A DNA stretch of 64,000 nt from an uncultured Gammaproteobacteria bacterium (GTDB lineage Bacteria; Patescibacteriota; Patescibacteriia; UBA1558; GWA2-36-10). A program made the translations under genes and the position numbers. The stretch spans positions 94,182 to 158,181 of the forward strand of contig CAZEWH010000002.1 of assembly GCA_964515785.1 (NCBI GenBank). The letters are read 5' to 3'. The first letter of the stretch is position 1. Each line of letters opens with the position of its first letter. The notes under the pieces were generated by a model, which saw only the letters and a list, made by a program, of their open reading frames with translations, had not been told where the DNA came from and did not search any database. Shown here one piece after another: positions 57,924-64,000 of the stretch.

Positions 57924-59613
57924 ATTGTTTTATATCTTTAATCATTAACTGAATCTCTCGATTTCCATTCCATTGATTGATACTTAAATTATACACTATA
58001 TCTACCTTATCGCCTACAGATAAGTCTCTATCTGCCATACCAAAAGCAATGGCAGCTATTTTTTTGTCTGCTTTAGTAAATTCCATTTTTAAGTGAGTCT
58101 GATCTTTACCTACTTTTCGTAAAGCAGAAATACTGACAGCTTTTGATACAAACAACGGCTCTTCATTGTCTTTACCAAATGGCGAAAATTTATCTACAAC
58201 ATCAGCCAAATCCCAATTTATATCTTCAAAATTAACTTGCATCTCTATATCTAGAGTTTTTTGAAATTTTTGATTTTTTAATTTCTGATTAGCAATATCT
58301 TGAATTTTAGTCTTGAATTCTTCAAGATTGCTTGGATCAATAGTAAAACCACAAGCTTGGGGATGACCACCGTATTTTATCAACAAATCTTCATTGCTTT
58401 GTAAGGCATCTGTGATATTAAAACCTTCGATACTTCGTCCAGAACCTACTATTTGATCATTATTATCTGTCAGTACAAAAACTGGCCGAGAATAATCTCT
58501 AGAGAGTCTACCAGCTACTAGACCTGTCAAACCAGCTGGCCAGCCTGATTTATAAAATATTAATAAACTTTGTTGAGTGTCTATCTCAAATTCTTTAGCT
58601 TCTCTAATAATCTGCTCTGTAAGACGTTGTCTGGCTAGATTACTATTATTTAACTCTATAGCTTCTTTCATAGCTTCTGATTCATCTTCTTGCATCAACA
58701 AATAATAAGCCAAATTAGCATGATCCATACGACCAGCAGCATTGATACGCGGAGCAATAGTAAAACCAATACTACGAGCGTCTATTTTATCTGGATCCAA
58801 TTTGGCTACTTCAAGTAATTTTTGTAAACCAATCCTTTTTGTTTTTTTCAAAACAACTAAACCAAATTTGACTAAAGTCCTGTTTTCTCCTAATAAAGGC
58901 ACCATATCAGCTACAGTAGAGATAGCTACCATGTCTAAAAGCCATTTTTCTTGTTTTTCTTTGTCTTGATCATCTAGTTTATTGCTTTTATGATGAAGTA
59001 AGCCTTGAGCCAATTTAAAAGCCACTCCTCCACCAGCTAAAAATTTGAAAGGATATTTTTCATCCACTTGCGGATGGATAATGGCTGCTGCTTCTGGTAA
59101 TTTGTCCAAAGCTGCATGATGATCTGTAATTATTACTTTTATATCTTTTTCTTTGGCAAATTCTACTTCTTCTATATTCGTTACGCCGCAATCACAGGTA
59201 ATTATTAATTTTGTATTATTTTTTGATAATTCTTCGATAGCTTTAATATTTAGACCATAACCTTCTCTTTCCCGATGAGGTAAATAAACTTCTACTGTAG
59301 CTCCTAATTTTTTGAGTATAGTAGCTAAAATTACAGCTGAAGATACTCCGTCAGCGTCATAGTCTCCATAGACTGTAATAAGCTGATTATTTTCTATAGC
59401 TTGGTAAATTTGCTGACAAGCTTTGTCCATGTCAGAAAATAAAAATGGATCATGAATATCCTGACCATAATCAGGATGTAAAAACTCGTCTATTTGTTCT
59501 TGAGTTTTTAAATTTCTATTAAATAAAAGCTGGGCTACAATAGGATGTAACTCAGGATAAAGATCTAGAGTCTCTTGTTTTATTTTATCTGGAGTTTTCC
59601 ACAAATACGACAT
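57913..59613 (-). CDS. recJ: Single-stranded-DNA-specific exonuclease RecJ
   Basis: DHH motifs (…VYGDYDADGVSS…, …ITDHH…) plus DHHA1 and OB fold. Confidence 0.9.
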   Translation of the reverse strand: MSYLWKTPDKIKQETLDLYPELHPIVAQLLFNRNLKTQEQIDEFLHPDYGQDIHDPFLFSDMDKACQQIYQAIENNQLITVYGDYDADGVSSAVILATILKKLGATVEVYLPHREREGYGLNIKAIEELSKNNTKLIITCDCGVTNIEEVEFAKEKDIKVIITDHHAALDKLPEAAAIIHPQVDEKYPFKFLAGGGVAFKLAQGLLHHKSNKLDDQDKEKQEKWLLDMVAISTVADMVPLLGENRTLVKFGLVVLKKTKRIGLQKLLEVAKLDPDKIDARSIGFTIAPRINAAGRMDHANLAYYLLMQEDESEAMKEAIELNNSNLARQRLTEQIIREAKEFEIDTQQSLLIFYKSGWPAGLTGLVAGRLSRDYSRPVFVLTDNNDQIVGSGRSIEGFNITDALQSNEDLLIKYGGHPQACGFTIDPSNLEEFKTKIQDIANQKLKNQKFQKTLDIEMQVNFEDINWDLADVVDKFSPFGKDNEEPLFVSKAVSISALRKVGKDQTHLKMEFTKADKKIAAIAFGMADRDLSVGDKVDIVYNLSINQWNGNREIQLMIKDIKQYES

Positions 59614-59666
59614 AAAAATAAACCACTAATAGTGTGGTTTATTTTAGCAGTATTTTGTTATTTTGA

Positions 59667-60068
59667 CTACTTTACTTTAACAACCTTAACTTTGACTGGT
59701 TTGTTGCCTGTTTTTCGAGCTTTGTTTGGATCTAATTCTAACTTAAACTTTTGTTTAATTTTCTTTTTATTTGTTTCTTTAACTGATTTTTTACTAGGTA
59801 CGTGATATTTATCTTTTGGTTTACGAGCTGTAGGGTGTGATAATTCTACCAATAAAAACAATAAACCTAGAGCCAATAAAATCAAACCAGCCAAAACTAT
59901 CCAAAAATAAAAATTTCCAAAATTAAAAAAAGAATAAATATCAGTATTAGCTGTCATATTATTGTATTGTTGTTGAATATCTCCCAAACGATTATTAAGT
60001 TCACCAAGTTTGGCTTCAGACTCAACTAAATTATTCATTACTTCAGTTGTAGTGCTTATGTCAGGCAT
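59667..60068 (-). CDS. Hypothetical membrane protein (coiled-coil, one TM, Lys-rich tail)
   Basis: 133 aa; overlaps the ackA start by 13 nt. Confidence 0.4.
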   Translation of the reverse strand: MPDISTTTEVMNNLVESEAKLGELNNRLGDIQQQYNNMTANTDIYSFFNFGNFYFWIVLAGLILLALGLLFLLVELSHPTARKPKDKYHVPSKKSVKETNKKKIKQKFKLELDPNKARKTGNKPVKVKVVKVK

Positions 60069-61228
60069 TTGATTGTTTGATTAGCAATATTTATCATTTC
60101 CATATTTGGCATAGCCAAAATTTTACATTTTTTTGGTAAATTTATACCTTGGGTTATCAATTTTCTGGTAACTGCACTATGAGTACCAATTGCACCAGTA
60201 AAAACTACAGCATCTAAAGATTGACTCATACCAGCAAAACTAGCTAAATATCTTTTGGCATCATAGATAAAGATTTTTAGAGCTAGACGAGCGGCTTGTT
60301 TTTGTTTGACTGTCCATTTTCTTTTGACTTTATAACCTTTTACTTTATAGCCATTGGCTGTCAACAAATCTCGGAAATCACTATAACCCATTAGACCAAA
60401 GATACCAGATTTTTTGTTTAATAATTCACTAATCTTATCAGGAGACATTTTTAGTTCACTAGCTAAAAATAGAACTACAGCAGCTGAAATATCACCACTC
60501 CTAGTACCCATAGTAAGACCCTCATTGGGACCAAAACCCATAGTAGTATCAATAACCTTACCTTTATCAAACCAAGTAATACTAGCCCCAGCTCCCAAAT
60601 GACAAGAAATAACACTAGTCTTTGATAATGGTTTTTTCTTTTTGTCAGCTACAAACTTGACTGCCATCTCATGACTCAAGCCATGAAAACCATATTTGCG
60701 TATCTTATATTGTTTATAAAACTTTGGTGGGATAGAATAAAAATATTGTTCTGGCTTCATGTCTTTATAAAAAGCAGTATCAAAACTAGCTGACATTTTT
60801 ACTCTAGGCATACTTTGCCGCACAGTTTTGATGAGTTCTAGAGCATAAGGATTGTGTAATGGTGCTAATTTGTTATAAGGCGTTAATTTTTTCAAAAACC
60901 GTTGATTTATTTTGCTTGTTTCCACAAAATTTTCACCACCATGAACCACTCGAAAGCCAATATAATTTATATCAAAATCTTTTAATAAACTATTTATAAA
61001 TTTCCAGGCAGTTTTAACAGAATAATTATTAGAATAATTTATTTGCTGTTTCTTATTTTTTAATTTATAAGACAGGACAGTTTGATTGCCTTGTTTATCT
61101 ACAGTGCCGTCCAAAATCTGTTTATTTATCTGGTTTTTATCAACTTGATAAACTGCAAATTTGACGCTACTACTACCACTATTTAAAACTAAAACATTTT
61201 TCATATATCTAAATATATTTTTGAACAA
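60056..61228 (-). CDS. ackA: Acetate kinase
   Basis: VLVLNSGSSSVKFAVY N-terminal ASKHA motif; 390 aa. Confidence 0.9.
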   Translation of the reverse strand: MFKNIFRYMKNVLVLNSGSSSVKFAVYQVDKNQINKQILDGTVDKQGNQTVLSYKLKNKKQQINYSNNYSVKTAWKFINSLLKDFDINYIGFRVVHGGENFVETSKINQRFLKKLTPYNKLAPLHNPYALELIKTVRQSMPRVKMSASFDTAFYKDMKPEQYFYSIPPKFYKQYKIRKYGFHGLSHEMAVKFVADKKKKPLSKTSVISCHLGAGASITWFDKGKVIDTTMGFGPNEGLTMGTRSGDISAAVVLFLASELKMSPDKISELLNKKSGIFGLMGYSDFRDLLTANGYKVKGYKVKRKWTVKQKQAARLALKIFIYDAKRYLASFAGMSQSLDAVVFTGAIGTHSAVTRKLITQGINLPKKCKILAMPNMEMINIANQTIKCLT

Positions 61229-61767
61229 GACAATAAGCCAGCGGCATTGGCATCATCGGTATCTATATGAATAGTCGTTCTATAATCCCCTACTCGCACA
61301 ATAATATTTTTAAAAACCAAAGCTTTAGGACCGCCAACTTTAGCAGAAACTGATTTTTTGTTTTTAAGTTTCCAGAGTTTGGCTTGTTCATGTGAAATAT
61401 GTAAGTGCCTCAATGGCACTATAACACCTTTTTTGATAATAACATTACCTTTAGGGCCTTTTAGTTTAATACCAGGGGTCTTTTTGTGGTCACCTGAAAG
61501 TCGCCAAACTGGGTTAATACCAACTTGTCTGCAATCTGAAGCAGATAATTCTACTTGAGTTTTTTTTCTAGTTGGGCCGATTATTCTTACCTTTTCAAAT
61601 TTGCCTTTAGGGCCAACAACCTGGACAGTTTCTTTGGCTGCAAACTCACCTGGCTGAGATAAATCTTTTAATTTTTTTAATTTATAATCTTTACCAAAAA
61701 GCTTAACTAAATCTTGAGAACTTAGATGAAGATGACGGGCTGAAATTTCTGCAATTACTTTTTTCAT
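61201..61767 (-). CDS. PduL-type phosphate acyltransferase (phosphotransacetylase-like)
   Basis: Two PduL repeats with ISARHLHLS and PLRHLHISH motifs; 188 aa. Confidence 0.7.
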   Translation of the reverse strand: MKKVIAEISARHLHLSSQDLVKLFGKDYKLKKLKDLSQPGEFAAKETVQVVGPKGKFEKVRIIGPTRKKTQVELSASDCRQVGINPVWRLSGDHKKTPGIKLKGPKGNVIIKKGVIVPLRHLHISHEQAKLWKLKNKKSVSAKVGGPKALVFKNIIVRVGDYRTTIHIDTDDANAAGLLSCSKIYLDI

Positions 61768-62756
61768 AATTTATATTTTTTCAAATCACTTGTTTTGAGC
61801 AAACCAACTTGTGCTCCAATTTTTTTTATAACATGAGCACTATTTACAATAGCTAATTTCAAAGCTTTGTCTATATTCCAATCATATTTGATCAAACCAG
61901 CTACTAGAGCAGAACCAAAACTATCACCAGCTCCAGTGGTATTGATACCTACGCCGCCTATAGCTTTGTGTGAATATATTTTTTTACCATCATAGACATG
62001 AGCTCCTTTGCGACCATCAGTCACTACAGTGACTTGCTGACCAGCTTTGTGCAAATTTCTTAAAATAAAATTAATATTATTTTTATTTTGGATTTTTTTG
62101 TCACTAACTAATAATTCTAAAGCTTCATCCCTATTGACTATAAATACACAAGTCTTGGCCATAAATTTTTTGAGTTTTGGTAAACCCATTTTAAGTTGAT
62201 TGGAGCCTGGATTCCAAGCAATTTGCTGATTTTTTTTATAACAACCATCAAATAAAACTTTCATCTTAGTGCCAAAATTTGCTGGCAAAGAACTAATATA
62301 AACCCATGGAGTATTTATTTTGCGTAAAACACTAGAGTTTAAGTCAATATCATTATTAGCTCCCCGATAAGCAAAAATAACGTGTTCATTTAATTGACCA
62401 ACATTGGCTATAAAAGAAGTACCAGTTTGTTTTTTAGAGTGTTCTTGAATAGCACCAGTATCAATATTTTTCTTTTTAAGATATTGTAAAATTTCTTGGG
62501 CTACCAAATCATCTCCTAATGACAAAATAGTTTTAGTTTTTATACCTAAGTTGGCTAAGCTAACTGCTGTATTGGCTCCGCCGCCGCCCCAAGTAAAATA
62601 AACTTTGTCACTATAAATCTTGGCACCCCACTCAAAAGCAATTAATTTTTGACGTAATAAATCTTTTTTATTATCTATAAGCAACATATCATCAGTATAA
62701 AACATGATATCGCGAGTTACTCCACCAATAGTTGTAATTTTGTTTTTCCTCCTCAT
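61764..62756 (-). CDS. PfkB-family carbohydrate/nucleoside kinase
   Basis: GGGGANTAVSLANLG and GAGDSFGSALVAGL motifs. Confidence 0.75.
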   Translation of the reverse strand: MRRKNKITTIGGVTRDIMFYTDDMLLIDNKKDLLRQKLIAFEWGAKIYSDKVYFTWGGGGANTAVSLANLGIKTKTILSLGDDLVAQEILQYLKKKNIDTGAIQEHSKKQTGTSFIANVGQLNEHVIFAYRGANNDIDLNSSVLRKINTPWVYISSLPANFGTKMKVLFDGCYKKNQQIAWNPGSNQLKMGLPKLKKFMAKTCVFIVNRDEALELLVSDKKIQNKNNINFILRNLHKAGQQVTVVTDGRKGAHVYDGKKIYSHKAIGGVGINTTGAGDSFGSALVAGLIKYDWNIDKALKLAIVNSAHVIKKIGAQVGLLKTSDLKKYKL

Positions 62757-62757
62757 T

Positions 62758-62985
62758 TTAGGTAAAACGATTAAATTCTTTAATCCTGTCTATAATCATC
62801 TTCATGATCCAGAAAAAAGATACAGCCATACCACCTAAAAACAAAGTTCGGTAATTTTGTTCTACTCCCATAGAATCTAATTCGTGTAAAACCGAAATGC
62901 CAACCAGAACACCCAAAACAAATACTGATAAAAATAAAAGCATTACAATCGTGAAAATAATTTCAATTATTTTTCCTAATGACAT
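62758..62985 (-). CDS. Small membrane protein
   Basis: 75 aa with two TM helices. Confidence 0.35.
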   Translation of the reverse strand: MSLGKIIEIIFTIVMLLFLSVFVLGVLVGISVLHELDSMGVEQNYRTLFLGGMAVSFFWIMKMIIDRIKEFNRFT

Positions 62986-63006
62986 ATTTTTATTATATCA
63001 AAAATA

Positions 63007-64000
63007 TTACTGTTTGTCGTGATAAACCTCTTCTCGCTTTTCTTTTATAAAACTAAACCAATCTTCTACAGCTGCTACAAACATCTTAAATGGTGCTTCA
63101 ATAATAAAGTCCATAATAAAAGCAAATATATTTAATTTTTTGAATTTGGTAGACAGCCAACGACCCACTGCAATAATTGGTAATGAAAAGAAATGTACAA
63201 AAAATGAAATAAAACCTTCTTTTCGTTTTACGATTATATATTCTTTGGCAGAATTACGAATACGAATGGCAAAAAAACTAACTGCTGTCAAGAAAAATAA
63301 AAATATTGCTCCAGAAATAGTATTAAATTCTAGTTTTTGTAAACCACCGATAATAGCACTAAAAACTACAACATATAAAGCAGTATACATTAAATAATAA
63401 AATATCTGATAGCCAATATTTTTTCTGTATTTAGATTTTAATTTACATAAAATAGAATTGGCTGGTTCATTGTAAATAAGGTTTTTGATATTTTTCAAAA
63501 TTTGAGTAGTATTTTGCTTACTTGGTGGTAATAAAGATAAAGTTACCAAAAACATCAATACTGGTGGAAAGGTGACATTGATTCCTAAATTTATATAATT
63601 GACGTGTCCTAAAATATATAATTCATATGGAAATTCTAATATTATAGCGAATAATACCTTGGTAATAAACAAATAAATAATTGCCCTGACTGAACTTTGT
63701 CTAAGTTTACGTCGAATAATCTTGTATTTTTTACCGATCATTAGTTTAGCTTCAGCCTCCAGTGCATCAGGATCAGTCAAAATATTTTCTAGTCCTTCAC
63801 CCTTATCTAGTATTAATTCATGTAAAATTTTGAAGGTCACTACTGGTTCACGAATAGAATTGTATATTTTCATCTGATAAGGGTGATTGAGCTGGTGTTG
63901 AACTGTGCGATAAATCTCTGGCAAATGGCCAGCTACTATCTTGATCAGTTTTTCATCGGCTTGTAACCATTTATCATAATAAAGATTGAGCAAATGATAA
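63007..64000 (-). CDS. Polytopic membrane protein, probably continuing beyond window end
   Basis: Open frame has no stop up to coordinate 64000; multiple TM helices. Confidence 0.4.
   Translation of the reverse strand, partial: YHLLNLYYDKWLQADEKLIKIVAGHLPEIYRTVQHQLNHPYQMKIYNSIREPVVTFKILHELILDKGEGLENILTDPDALEAEAKLMIGKKYKIIRRKLRQSSVRAIIYLFITKVLFAIILEFPYELYILGHVNYINLGINVTFPPVLMFLVTLSLLPPSKQNTTQILKNIKNLIYNEPANSILCKLKSKYRKNIGYQIFYYLMYTALYVVVFSAIIGGLQKLEFNTISGAIFLFFLTAVSFFAIRIRNSAKEYIIVKRKEGFISFFVHFFSLPIIAVGRWLSTKFKKLNIFAFIMDFIIEAPFKMFVAAVEDWFSFIKEKREEVYHDKQ

Noticed and set aside
1-64000. CRISPR arrays, rRNA genes, transposases and integrases
   Set aside because: Searched for by eye and none found. 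There are no regularly spaced direct repeats, no rRNA-like conserved blocks, and no ORF with DDE or tyrosine-recombinase motifs.

Overview
Reading by eye only, this 64-kb window looks like a segment of a reduced, AT-rich bacterial genome, roughly 30% GC. The gene content suggests a Patescibacteria/CPR-like organism: compact tRNA synthetases, an archaeal-type AMP phosphorylase, a DUF4012 plus glycosyltransferase envelope locus, and two loci encoding type IV secretion-like ATPases. Nearly all genes are on the minus strand. Core genes that can be named with confidence are secA, hpf, alaS, a csp gene, mnmA, secD/secF, ddl, dnaX, lepA, murJ, a four-glycosyltransferase plus WbaP-like cluster, mreB-greA-mrdA-mreD-mreC-mreB, proS, rseP, frr, holB, rnhA, recJ and ackA with a PduL-type phosphotransacylase and a PfkB kinase. 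Two RNA genes are missing from the ORF track and are called here: tRNA-Gln(CUG) at 28079..28152 (-) and a type-A RNase P RNA at 44462..44834 (-). Six observations stand out. (1) SecD carries what looks like a circularly permuted parvulin PPIase domain inside its periplasmic domain. (2) Two paralogous FtsK/HerA/TraG-superfamily ATPase loci are present, one with the membrane domain and ATPase fused (818 aa) and one split into two ORFs, where the ATPase has a Lys-rich zinc-ribbon tail. (3) Three compositionally foreign GC-rich single-gene cassettes, at about 7.2 kb, 26.9 kb and 57.1 kb, each have their own near-consensus sigma70 promoter and intrinsic terminator. (4) A promoter-small RNA-terminator unit at about 6.9-7.1 kb is followed by a pair of inverted GC hairpins. 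(5) A moderately GC-elevated islet of small ORFs at about 10-12.3 kb contains zinc-ribbon proteins, a BCCP-like protein lacking the biotinyl-lysine, and a frameshifted gene. (6) An 11-bp copy of the tRNA-Gln 3' end lies 93 bp beyond the tRNA, which may be an att-site remnant. No CRISPR array, rRNA, transposase or integrase gene was seen. All functional calls come from motif recognition; no database searches were run.
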